Below are positions 55,272-64,000 of a stretch of DNA of 64,000 nt, piece after piece (positions within the stretch are counted from its first letter, which is position 1; every line of letters starts with the position of its first letter). Source of the DNA: an uncultured Candidatus Entotheonella sp. (GTDB lineage: Bacteria > Tectomicrobia > Entotheonellia > Entotheonellales > Entotheonellaceae); NCBI GenBank assembly GCA_965215335.1, contig CBDCDA010000001.1, forward strand, positions 1,344,001-1,408,000, read 5' to 3'. The position numbers and the translations under genes were made by a program. The notes under the pieces were generated by a model that was not told the DNA's origin, ran no database searches, and was given only the letters and a program-made list of their open reading frames with translations.

Positions 55272-56449
55272 GGCGCCATTCTGGACACGGGCTGGACACG
55301 TCCCTGCTCGTCAATGAGTGTCAGGTAGACGTGGTCGGAACCCTGATTGTCGGCATCACCGTATCGCAGTAGGAAGCCGCCGAGGTCAATGGTCTCGGCC
55401 TCTCGCAGGGCTTGCAAAAAGCCCTGCGGGGTTGGTCTCGGCCCGGCCAGACGCAGGCCTTCCACCACCAGGCGGCCGGCGAGGTAGCCTTCCAGGGACA
55501 CAAAGTCTGGCTCGCTCTCAGGAGACGTCATGGCCAAGGCGCTCTGGTACTGGGCGACTACCGGGAGGCGGGTGTCCAACGGAAAGGGTACGACCTGGGT
55601 AACGTAAACCCCGGCGCCGTCGGAACCGAGTTCCCTGGCAAGGGCGGAACTCCCTACGACGGAGATGTTGACGAAGTAAGGATTAAAGCCGAGTCGCCGC
55701 GACCAGCGGATCATGGCGGCCGCAGGCTTGTAGGTAGCGATGATGATGATGGCATCGGGGCGCGAGCGCCGCAGATCCAGCAGGGCGATTTTAATCGCCT
55801 CGGTGCCGCGCGGATAGTCCGCCTCGGCGACAAGGGAAAGCCCGTGTCGAGCGATGGCCCGGCGCAATCCGTCGAGTCCGGCGCGTCCGAAAGAATCATT
55901 CTGGTAGAGGACACCGATGCGCCGGACGCCTAGGTCCTCAGCAAGGCGAACCACCATCTCTTCGGTTTCCTGATAGTACGAGGCCCGCACGTTGACGACA
56001 TTGGGGCGCAGTTGCGCGACGCGCAGGAATTCGGCCCCGGTGGAGGGCGCGATGTAGGGAACGCCCAATTCGGTGGCGATGGGCTGGGCCGAGGTGGCGG
56101 TGGGGGTACCGACGGCGCCGACTAGCGCGAAGACGTTACGACTGATAAGTTCACGGGTGTTGGTGATTGCCGCCTCGGGCTCATAGGCGTCATCCAGAGA
56201 CTGGAGGACAAGGCGGTAATTGTGCACACCGCCCCTTCGGTTAACCTCCCTGAAAGCCGCAAAAAGGCCGAGGCGCATTCCTTGGCCCAATGCACGGGCC
56301 GGCCCCGTCAAGGCGGCTGACTGGCCAAAGACAATCTGTTTGGTGGAGAGCATCTTCGCCAAGCTGTCATCTGGCACCGTTCCGGCCAAGGCCGCGAGGA
56401 ACAGGGACACCCGGAAAGCAACGCGCAGACCGCATCCCGTCTTCCACAT
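55268..56449 (-). CDS. Periplasmic binding protein (branched-chain amino acid/type 1 fold)
   Basis: GQSAALTG, DDAYEP, VGTP, QNDSFG. Confidence 0.9.
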   Translation of the reverse strand: MWKTGCGLRVAFRVSLFLAALAGTVPDDSLAKMLSTKQIVFGQSAALTGPARALGQGMRLGLFAAFREVNRRGGVHNYRLVLQSLDDAYEPEAAITNTRELISRNVFALVGAVGTPTATSAQPIATELGVPYIAPSTGAEFLRVAQLRPNVVNVRASYYQETEEMVVRLAEDLGVRRIGVLYQNDSFGRAGLDGLRRAIARHGLSLVAEADYPRGTEAIKIALLDLRRSRPDAIIIIATYKPAAAMIRWSRRLGFNPYFVNISVVGSSALARELGSDGAGVYVTQVVPFPLDTRLPVVAQYQSALAMTSPESEPDFVSLEGYLAGRLVVEGLRLAGPRPTPQGFLQALREAETIDLGGFLLRYGDADNQGSDHVYLTLIDEQGRVQPVSRMAP

Positions 56450-56468
56450 TCCTCGCCTCCTCTAAATG

Positions 56469-57665
56469 CTACGCATGACTGTCCGATAGTGGCTGGGCGG
56501 GAAGCATCGCGTCGAAATGCAACGCGATGCAGGTAATATCGTCCGATTGCGGCGTGTCTTCGGCAAAGAGCTGCACGGCATTGACTACCTCGTGCACGAC
56601 ATCGCGGGCGGTCGCCTGCTTAAGGCTCGCCAGTTTCTCGTCGAGGCGATCTTCTCCGAATTCCTCGTTCCAGGCGTTCTGGGCTTCAGTGATGCCGTCG
56701 GTGTAGAGGAAGAGGCTGTCGCCAGGGGCGAGGCGAGCCTCGCCATCGGCGTAAGCATGCCCGGGAAACACGCCCAACACCACGTTTCCGGTTGCTGGAA
56801 GCACTTCGACGCGAGAGTCACTACGGACCAGGCGCGGCGGATTGTGACCGCCGTTGCAGTAATGGAAGCTACCGTCGCGCAGGTCGAGAATGCCATAAAA
56901 AACGGTGACAAAAACACAGGTCTCGTTGTCCTCGGCCAGTAGCTCGTTCACTTCGCTCAAACAGCGGGCGGGGGACATGAAGTTTCTTACGGCGCCCTTG
57001 AGGAGCGTCTGCGTCACCATGGTAAACAGGGCGGCGGGAATCCCCTTGCCGGAAACATCTGCGATGATCAATCCGATCAACGCGTCATCGAGGCTGAAAA
57101 AGTTGTAGAAGTCTCCGCCGATCTCCCGGGCCGGAATCATCATCGCCTGGATCTCATGGGTCTCGCTATTCGACCGGTCTCGCGGGAGGACCGACATCTG
57201 CATTTCGGTCGCCACTTCGAGTTCCCGCTTGATGGCAACCAGTCGATCTCTCGATTCAAGCGCACTTTCCATGGTTTCGATATGTTGGAGTGTCTTTCTG
57301 ATCGTGATTTCGAGATCGTTAAAATCGATGGGTTTGGTGACGAAGTCAAACGCGCCCCGGTTCATGGCGGTACGGATATTTTCCATGTCGCCATAGGCGG
57401 AGACGATGACGGCGCGTATTTCAGGCCGGAGGTCCTCGAGTTGGCTCAGCAGCGTGAGTCCGTCCATGACGGGCATGTTGATATCCGACAGTACCAGTCG
57501 GATTTCGGGGTGTTCGGCAAGTTTGTCGAGGGCCTCCTTGCCGTTGTACGCAAAAACGAAATCCATCTCGCCGCGGCGGATGAACCGACGGAATTTCTGG
57601 CGGATAAGCAATTCCAGATCTTCTTCGTCGTCTACTACGAGAAGCCGGGTGGGTGATGCACTCAA
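56469..57665 (-). CDS. Response regulator with a PP2C/SpoIIE (RsbU-like) phosphatase domain
   Basis: VVDDE, DINMP, KP; GGDFY, DVSGKG, YTDG, DDIT. Confidence 0.93.
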   Translation of the reverse strand: MSASPTRLLVVDDEEDLELLIRQKFRRFIRRGEMDFVFAYNGKEALDKLAEHPEIRLVLSDINMPVMDGLTLLSQLEDLRPEIRAVIVSAYGDMENIRTAMNRGAFDFVTKPIDFNDLEITIRKTLQHIETMESALESRDRLVAIKRELEVATEMQMSVLPRDRSNSETHEIQAMMIPAREIGGDFYNFFSLDDALIGLIIADVSGKGIPAALFTMVTQTLLKGAVRNFMSPARCLSEVNELLAEDNETCVFVTVFYGILDLRDGSFHYCNGGHNPPRLVRSDSRVEVLPATGNVVLGVFPGHAYADGEARLAPGDSLFLYTDGITEAQNAWNEEFGEDRLDEKLASLKQATARDVVHEVVNAVQLFAEDTPQSDDITCIALHFDAMLPAQPLSDSHA

Positions 57666-57693
57666 AACCCTGACCCTCCTTTAACCGTTGTCT

Positions 57694-58044
57694 TCACAGC
57701 GCCGACAAGGCATCGCTGCGACTCTCGTGAACCGAGAGAATGGCACTGAAACCGCTGATCTCGAAGATATGGGCGATGGGTCCGCTGAGCCCGAAAAACA
57801 GCGTCTTTCCCCCTTCTCCCTGCAGGCGGCGAGCCGTCATCAGGAACACCCGCAAGCCGGCGCTGCTGATGTAGTTCAGATTCTCGAAATCGAAGACCAG
57901 AACTTTTTCGCCCGCGTCAAGTTGTTCCTGGATGGCACTCTCCAGGACAGCCGCGCTGCTTCCATCCACCCGTCCCAGCGGAGAGACGATAACGGCCTTT
58001 TCAACGCGTTCGGTTTGAATCGACAAGGTATTCTCGTCCGTCAC
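57694..58044 (-). CDS. STAS anti-sigma-factor antagonist (RsbV-like)
   Basis: GRVD, YISSAGLR, FEISGF. Confidence 0.92.
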   Translation of the reverse strand: MTDENTLSIQTERVEKAVIVSPLGRVDGSSAAVLESAIQEQLDAGEKVLVFDFENLNYISSAGLRVFLMTARRLQGEGGKTLFFGLSGPIAHIFEISGFSAILSVHESRSDALSAL

Positions 58045-58508
58045 CGGCTTTCTCCTCCAAGCAAATGTTTCAATGTGATGCGATTGCGCCCATCGACGCG
58101 TTCATAGGCTGTGCTGTCGGCGAATTGCTTGACCAGGAAAACCCCGAGTCCTCCGATGGGCCGCTCTTCAAGCCCCAGGGTCGGGTCCGGCTCCGGGGCT
58201 TCCTCGAAAGGGTTGAACGCCTCGGCGTTGTCCTCGAGTTGAGCCACCACGGCGCCGTTGTCAACAAGGAGGCGCAACCGAAGTTCGGGTTCAGGAACTC
58301 TGGATAAGCCATAGGTCATGCTATTTGTGATGAGTTCGTCCAGCATAAGGTTCAGACGGCTCTGGACCGTGTCGCTCAATGCGTGCGCGACCCCGAATTC
58401 CTGGATGATACCCGCGAGCGCCGCAAGAGCGGAAAGGTCCGGGGCAAGGGAGATCTCGACCGTTTTGCTATCCGGTGAAGGCTCGCAAGGTTGCATCAGT
58501 TTCTCCAT
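58041..58508 (-). CDS. RsbW-like anti-sigma factor/Ser kinase
   Basis: ELITN, AFNP, RPIGGLG. Confidence 0.9.
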   Translation of the reverse strand: MEKLMQPCEPSPDSKTVEISLAPDLSALAALAGIIQEFGVAHALSDTVQSRLNLMLDELITNSMTYGLSRVPEPELRLRLLVDNGAVVAQLEDNAEAFNPFEEAPEPDPTLGLEERPIGGLGVFLVKQFADSTAYERVDGRNRITLKHLLGGESR

Positions 58509-58839
58509 TGGGCGTTCGTCAGGTGCTCAAGGAACGGATGCGAATTCCATCAGGCAGGACATGTCAGTTCGTTTCAGGATTTCATGACATTCCCGGCACA
58601 AAGCGACCAGATCACTGGGAACATCCCGCACCTTTCGCCGATGAGCATCCGATAGTGGGCGCACGGCTACACTACGGCTCCAGAGGCAACAGAGCTTATT
58701 CAGACCCTCCTCAACGCCCCCACCATCATAGCAGAAACGGGACATGCAGGCCGTTTTTTCCTGCTTGTAATTGATGGATACTGATGTATTTTATCGGTGT
58801 TCCGAGTCCAGTGTCCTTCATCAGGACAGGAGTCAGCCC

Positions 58840-59853
58840 ATGGCCGTTCAGCCCGTAGAATTCAATCTGGCCATCCGCCCCAAGCGACGCTTCGAGATCG
58901 TTGATGTGGCGGCCTTGATTCGCACCCAGGCTGGCGAGGAACTGAGCCAGTACCGCAAGGCCGCGTACTGCTCGTTTCACACCACGGCCGGCTACCTGGA
59001 GCAGGCCGTCTGTGCACGCCTGGGCTATAGTCACAAACAGCTTGCCCCCCTTATCCGCGCCGTCCAGAAAATCTTCCCCCACAACGCCGGTTATTTTCAC
59101 GACCGCATGCAGATGCGCGACGAGCTCAACGAGAGCCAAAAGGAAAAGGAGCCGATCAACGGCGACTCGCACCTGACCTTTATCAGCGCTGGTCTCAACA
59201 ACTGCGTCGTCTATCTCCATCATCCCGGCGAGTCGGTTTACTTCATCGAGCTCGACGGCATCTACAAGCAACAGGTGCGCCAGCGCTGCACCACGGTCAT
59301 GGCGTATTCTGACACGGAAGTGGTGCAGCGCGGCCGGGCGGCGGTCCCGGTCAGCGTGGGCCGGGCGATCGATGTCTTTAATCTCAAGGACCCCGGTTAT
59401 GGCCTTTTCTCGCAGGTTGCGGACTGGTCACGGCAACACGGCGTCGAGAAAGGCTACATCGACATCCGCTTAGCGCCCGAAGAAAAGCACGTCGGCATGA
59501 CCGTCAACGAGTACGAGACCCTGCTGATGCGCAACGATTTGCCCCAGGCCCTGATCGACCCATTGCGCTTCGCGCTCCAGCGCGGCAATGACGTCGTGCA
59601 ACTCTACAATTACCTCATGGACCAAGTTCCGGTGGGGCGTTCGGTGATCGACCGCATTTTTGCGGCGCTCTCGACACCGGCCAAGCGCATCCTGCGCCTC
59701 AAGCGTCACATCCGGCTGCTGGTCTCCGACAGCGCGGAGGCCGGCGTCAGCCACATTCTCCACGGCACCTACCAAAGCCCGATTCTAGTCCAGTACCACC
59801 CGGCTCCGAACGGTGTGCGCCATTTGAATATCACGTTGCACCGCTTCATCTGA
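58840..59853 (+). CDS. Hypothetical protein with two YjbQ/UPF0047-like halves
   Basis: HTTA, YFHD, NGDSH, ELDG in the N-half; TVNE, GTYQ in the C-half; AGGAG RBS. Confidence 0.65.
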   Translation: MAVQPVEFNLAIRPKRRFEIVDVAALIRTQAGEELSQYRKAAYCSFHTTAGYLEQAVCARLGYSHKQLAPLIRAVQKIFPHNAGYFHDRMQMRDELNESQKEKEPINGDSHLTFISAGLNNCVVYLHHPGESVYFIELDGIYKQQVRQRCTTVMAYSDTEVVQRGRAAVPVSVGRAIDVFNLKDPGYGLFSQVADWSRQHGVEKGYIDIRLAPEEKHVGMTVNEYETLLMRNDLPQALIDPLRFALQRGNDVVQLYNYLMDQVPVGRSVIDRIFAALSTPAKRILRLKRHIRLLVSDSAEAGVSHILHGTYQSPILVQYHPAPNGVRHLNITLHRFI

Positions 59854-59896
59854 GCAGACGCGACACGTTACGCCGCTACGGCAGGAATTCCCCCAC

Positions 59897-61714
59897 ATGA
59901 CCGACGCCGCCCTTCAGCCCGACAGCCTGGTACTGTTCAAGAACCGCCCGGCCCGCGTGCTGCAGGCCGGCGACAGTCTGGAAATCGAACTCGAAAACGG
60001 CAAGATACTGAGAGTGCGGCCCAAGGACGTTGCGTTGCTGCACCCCGGTCCGCTGCACGCTCTGGCCGACCTACAGGCCGGGGACGGGGATGTGGAGACG
60101 GCCTGGGAGCTATTGGCGGGCGACAACACGACGCTGGCCGAGCTGGCGGATCTGGTTTATGGCGCCTACACACCGCCAACGGCGTGGCAGGCGTGGCAGC
60201 TCGTCGCCGAGGGCCTGTACTTCGGCGGCACAGTGGTGGAGATCATTGCGCATACGGCGGAGGAAGTGGCTCGGAAACGCGCCGCGCGCGAGGCCAAGGC
60301 CGCCGCGGAACACGCCTGGTCCGATTTCATGGAACGGCTGCGAGCCGGGAAGCTGGCCCCCGGGGACCGCCGGCATCTCGGCGAGGTGGAGGCCCTGGCC
60401 TTGGGCAGGCGCACCAGCAGCCGTGCGCTGCGTGAGTTGGGCCGGGCACAAAGTCCCGAGCGCGCCCACGCCCTGCTGTGCGCGCTGGGCCACTGGGATG
60501 CCACCGTCAATCCCTATCCGCAACGCCTGGAGGTGGACACCCGTGCGCCCCAGGCGATCCTGCCGGACTGGCCGGAGGAGACGCGCCTCGACCTCACCCA
60601 CCTCGATGCCTTCGCCATCGACGACGAGGGCAGCAAGGACCCCGACGACGCCCTCAGCTGGCACGACAACCGCCTGTGGGTGCACGTCTCTGACGTGGCC
60701 GCCTTGGCGCCACCGGATAGCGACGTGGATCTGGAAGCGCGCGCTCGCGGCTGTAATCTCTACCTGCCGGAGGGCACCGTTCCGATGCTACCGCCGGCGG
60801 CCACCCGCATGCTGGGACTGGGGCTGCAGGCGGTCTCGCCAGCGCTGTCGTTCGGCCTGGAGGTGAACGCCGACGGCGGTATCGTGAAGATCGAGATGGT
60901 GCCGAGTTGGGTGCGTGTCACGCGGTTGACGTACGGGGAGGTGGAAACCCGCCTCGAGGAATCGCCATTCAAGGAACTGATGCGTCTGGCTGAATCGTCG
61001 CAAGCTCGGCGGCGTGCCCAGGGCGCGGTGTTCATCGAATTGCCGGAGTTGAAGATTCAGATGGAAAACGAGCAGGTCAGCATACAGCCGCTGGCGCCTC
61101 TGAAAAGTCGGGATCTGGTGGCGGAGGCGATGTTGCTGACCGGTGAGGCCGCGGCGCAGTTTGCCTTGGCGCAGAACATCTCCCTGCCATTCACCACCCA
61201 GGCCGTTCCCGAGGCGCCCCAGGTGGTCGAGGGGCTGGCCGGCATGTATGCTCTGCGGCGTAGCCTGAAGCGCAGCGTGCAGACAGGCGAACCAGCGCCT
61301 CACGCCGGCCTCGGGCTCGCCGCTTATGCCCGCGCTACCAGCCCCCTGCGGCGTTACCTGGACCTGGTGGTGCACCAGCAACTACGCGCGTATCTGCGCG
61401 GCGCTCCGCTGCTGGACAGTCAACAAATCCTGGAACGCGTCGGCGCTGCGGAGTCCGTCACCCATAATCGCATTCAAGCCGAGCGCCTTACCCGTCGACA
61501 CTGGACGCTCGTCTACCTGCTCGCCCACCCCGATTGGCGCGGCAACGGCGTTGTCGTTGAAAAACGCGGCCCCCGAACAACCATCCTCATCCCCGACCTC
61601 GGGCTCGAACCCGTCCTGACCCTTCGTGACAACCCGGACCTGAACACGGTCCTCCCTCTCACCCTGACCGGCGTCTCACTGCCGGAGTTGGAGGCGTATT
61701 TCCAGGTTGTGTAG
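59897..61714 (+). CDS. RNB-domain exoribonuclease (RNase II/R family)
   Basis: AIDDEGSKDPDDALS, HVSDV, TSPLRRYLDL. Confidence 0.93.
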   Translation: MTDAALQPDSLVLFKNRPARVLQAGDSLEIELENGKILRVRPKDVALLHPGPLHALADLQAGDGDVETAWELLAGDNTTLAELADLVYGAYTPPTAWQAWQLVAEGLYFGGTVVEIIAHTAEEVARKRAAREAKAAAEHAWSDFMERLRAGKLAPGDRRHLGEVEALALGRRTSSRALRELGRAQSPERAHALLCALGHWDATVNPYPQRLEVDTRAPQAILPDWPEETRLDLTHLDAFAIDDEGSKDPDDALSWHDNRLWVHVSDVAALAPPDSDVDLEARARGCNLYLPEGTVPMLPPAATRMLGLGLQAVSPALSFGLEVNADGGIVKIEMVPSWVRVTRLTYGEVETRLEESPFKELMRLAESSQARRRAQGAVFIELPELKIQMENEQVSIQPLAPLKSRDLVAEAMLLTGEAAAQFALAQNISLPFTTQAVPEAPQVVEGLAGMYALRRSLKRSVQTGEPAPHAGLGLAAYARATSPLRRYLDLVVHQQLRAYLRGAPLLDSQQILERVGAAESVTHNRIQAERLTRRHWTLVYLLAHPDWRGNGVVVEKRGPRTTILIPDLGLEPVLTLRDNPDLNTVLPLTLTGVSLPELEAYFQVV

Positions 61715-61803
61715 TGTTGTGTAGTTGTCGCGCACCGTCATCCGACATTCAGCGCGCCACGCAGGATGCAGAAAATGGCGCTCCGCTGGGGACGCGTATC
61801 GTG

Positions 61804-62814
61804 TCATCCGCCGGACATGGACGGGATGGGCCATAGCGAGGGCGGGAAGTCGAGCGGCGCGCTGAGGTCGCCACCCCAGACGATGATGCAACGCAGGAGG
61901 AGGCCGCCGAGGAGGACGAGGGCGAATTTCGGAGCGGTGAACAAGACGTTGCGCCATCTCAAGGGCCAAACGAGGCAGTCGAGGAGGAATTCGACAAGGG
62001 TGAGGAGCAGGGGCACGGTAAGGCCAAGGCCGATGACGCCCCACCAGAACCAAGGCGCCAAGGCCCCGCGGGTGACGTATTGGTAGGCGTGCGCGCCGCC
62101 TTTGGGGGCCAGGAATTGACCCGTGGGGGCGTGCTGGCCGGAGCCGGCAAGGTAAGTCATGAAGTTGTAGATCTCGAACAATTCCAGGAGGATGAACAGC
62201 GCCACGGCCATGCTGATCCAGCGCACGACGCCGTGCGCGGCCTGCGGCCGCAGGCCGCGGAACCACAACGCGACGAGGCACATCAGGCCACTGGCCGCCA
62301 AGCCGGTGGTGATGCCGGAATTGAGAAACAGAACCGGCAGGTACTTACTCGACCACAGCGGCACGAAGGTGCCGCGGCTGAGCAGCAACCCGGTATAGAC
62401 GGCCAGCATGGCGAGGACCGGCAGGCCCGCGAGGCCCACGAGGCGACGTAGCCAGACCGCGCCGCTGCGATACCGCAGGGCGGCGTAGAGCAGCACCAGC
62501 AGGGCGCCGATACCGACGATCCAGCCGCCGCGCGTCATCCAGGATCCGTAGTTGGTGAAAAACAGGGGGAACGCCAGACCGCGCTCCGGTTTGCCGAGGT
62601 GGGCGGTGAGAAAGAATCCGGCCAGGGCGAGGGTGGCGATGGCGCCATAGGAAGATACCTTCGACAATATATCGGCGCCCTGCCACTTGCGCTCCAGCAG
62701 GTCCGCCACCACGGCAACCAGGAAAATCCCCGCGGTCAACCCGCCGAAAAACAGGTACAGGGGTACGTGCAGGCTGTAGCTCCACTTGGTTTGCCACAGG
62801 ATGATCGGTTCCAC
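61804..62814 (-). CDS. NrfD/PsrC-family membrane anchor
   Basis: YLFFGG, HLGKPER, SWMTRG, YTGLLL; GTG start with GGAGG RBS. Confidence 0.9.
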   Translation of the reverse strand: MEPIILWQTKWSYSLHVPLYLFFGGLTAGIFLVAVVADLLERKWQGADILSKVSSYGAIATLALAGFFLTAHLGKPERGLAFPLFFTNYGSWMTRGGWIVGIGALLVLLYAALRYRSGAVWLRRLVGLAGLPVLAMLAVYTGLLLSRGTFVPLWSSKYLPVLFLNSGITTGLAASGLMCLVALWFRGLRPQAAHGVVRWISMAVALFILLELFEIYNFMTYLAGSGQHAPTGQFLAPKGGAHAYQYVTRGALAPWFWWGVIGLGLTVPLLLTLVEFLLDCLVWPLRWRNVLFTAPKFALVLLGGLLLRCIIVWGGDLSAPLDFPPSLWPIPSMSGG

Positions 62815-62851
62815 GCTGCCTCCCCGGGCGGTCGCGACGCCCTGAGGCGAC

Positions 62852-63505
62852 CTACTGGCCGTCCGGGTAAGCCGTGCCCCAGGCCCAGCCGCCACCGCCG
62901 GAGCCGCGCGCCGCCATGCGCTGGCGCACGACATTGGCGACTTCCTCGCCGTCGCCGGCGACCAGCGCCTTGGTCGAACAGACCGAGGCGCACATGGGCA
63001 GCTTGCCCTCGGCGATGCGGTTGGCGCCGTACAGCCGCCGCTCGCGGTCCGAAAACGGTTCTTCAGGCCCACCCGCGCAGTACGTACACTTGTCCATGAC
63101 GCCGCGCGCGCCGAATGGCGACGATTTGGGAAACTGCGGCGCTCCGAATGGGCAGGCGTACAGGCAATACCCGCAGCCGATGCACGTCTCCTTGTTCACC
63201 TGCACGATGCCGTCCGCGCGGTGATACAGCGCGTCCACCGGGCACACCGCCACGCACGGCGCCTTGGAGCAGTGCATGCACGGCACCGCCACGTTGGACT
63301 CGCCGGCCTCGCCCTCGTTCACCGTCACGACGCGGATGCGCGCGATGCCCTCGGGCACGTTGTTCTCGTTCTTGCAGGCCACCTCGCAGCCGCCGCACTC
63401 GATGCAGCGCTTCACGTCGACGTAGAACTTCAAGCGCGCTGGAGCGTGTTTTGCCTGCGGTCCTTCCGATTCACGAAACGGAATGGTCACTTGCGTCTGC
63501 GCCAT
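62852..63505 (-). CDS. Formate dehydrogenase beta-like 4x[4Fe-4S] subunit
   Basis: CIECGGC, CMHC..C..C, CIGCGYC, CTYCAGG..C..C. Confidence 0.92.
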   Translation of the reverse strand: MAQTQVTIPFRESEGPQAKHAPARLKFYVDVKRCIECGGCEVACKNENNVPEGIARIRVVTVNEGEAGESNVAVPCMHCSKAPCVAVCPVDALYHRADGIVQVNKETCIGCGYCLYACPFGAPQFPKSSPFGARGVMDKCTYCAGGPEEPFSDRERRLYGANRIAEGKLPMCASVCSTKALVAGDGEEVANVVRQRMAARGSGGGGWAWGTAYPDGQ

Positions 63506-63537
63506 GTTCGGCTCCTTTTTTAGCGGTGCGCGCCTGC

Positions 63538-64000
63538 TCAGGCTTTGCTGATGCGGCACAGGCCGGTCTTGGTTTCCTGCATCTGGGTCACCCGGTCATA
63601 GCCGTAATTGGTCACGATGTTGGCGGATTCGCCCAAGCCGTACGGGACGTAACCCGCCGGGTACTTGCTGGCCAGCGATTCGCCCTCGAGCATGCCGCCC
63701 CAGTGAAAGGGCAGATAGACCATGTCGGGGCTTACCCGCTTGGTGATCTTGGCCTTCACCTTGATGCGGCTCGGCCTGCCGTCCTGGTCTTCGGGGCTCT
63801 CGATCCATACCCAATCGCCGTGCTTGAGGCGGTGATCATTCGCCAGCCTGGGGTGAATCTCCACGTACATCTCCGGCTGCAGCTCCACCAGCCACCAGCA
63901 GGCGCGCTCGCTGTTGCCGCCGCCCTCGAATTCCACCTGCCGGCCGCTGCTCAGGATGATGGGGTAGTCCTGCACCCAGTCCGGCTTTTGCAGGCTCTTG
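63538..64000 (-). CDS. Molybdopterin oxidoreductase (formate dehydrogenase alpha-like), C-terminal domain, partial
   Basis: SGRQVEFEGGG, EIHP, PFHWGG, GESAN, QMQETK. Confidence 0.88.
   Translation of the reverse strand, partial: KSLQKPDWVQDYPIILSSGRQVEFEGGGNSERACWWLVELQPEMYVEIHPRLANDHRLKHGDWVWIESPEDQDGRPSRIKVKAKITKRVSPDMVYLPFHWGGMLEGESLASKYPAGYVPYGLGESANIVTNYGYDRVTQMQETKTGLCRISKA

Noticed and set aside
58527..58745. HNH-like fragment (DLVALCRECH)
   Set aside because: A single short motif in a degraded ORF; too weak to call
61706..61727. GTTGTGTAGT duplicated at the RNB stop
   Set aside because: Only two short units, trivial

Overview
A GC-rich bacterial window with heavy insertion-sequence load and visible genome decay, consistent with a host-associated or symbiont genome (taxonomy cannot be established from the sequence alone). 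Intact genes include an LPS glycosyltransferase cluster, a copper-handling group (CopD-cytochrome c fusion, lipoprotein, SCO), penicillin acylase, a sigma-70 factor, a PBP4-type carboxypeptidase, a PLP decarboxylase, nucleoside hydrolase, class I fumarase, trpS-lspA-rluD, moxR, a ZIP transporter, gluconolactonase, a five-gene partner-switching signalling operon, an RNB nuclease and the 3' end of a formate-dehydrogenase-like operon with an NrfD anchor. Mobile DNA includes IS481 x2, IS5 x2 plus a deleted derivative, ISAs1 x2, IS630, an IS701-like element x3 and a 155-bp MITE, several of them nested. Collapsed operons or remnants are gcvT/H/P, bat, type I and type III restriction and hpt. The strongest hidden feature is an orphan selenoprotein gene (GrdA, CxxU, in-frame TGA at 29864-29866 with a SECIS-like hairpin) that the ORF track splits in two. 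Other leads are a GT2 gene apparently restarted by an RBS and ATG from a deleted IS and carrying a C12 tract, a tandem YjbQ-like protein with complementary half-motifs, and a nucleotidyltransferase plus small-partner module.
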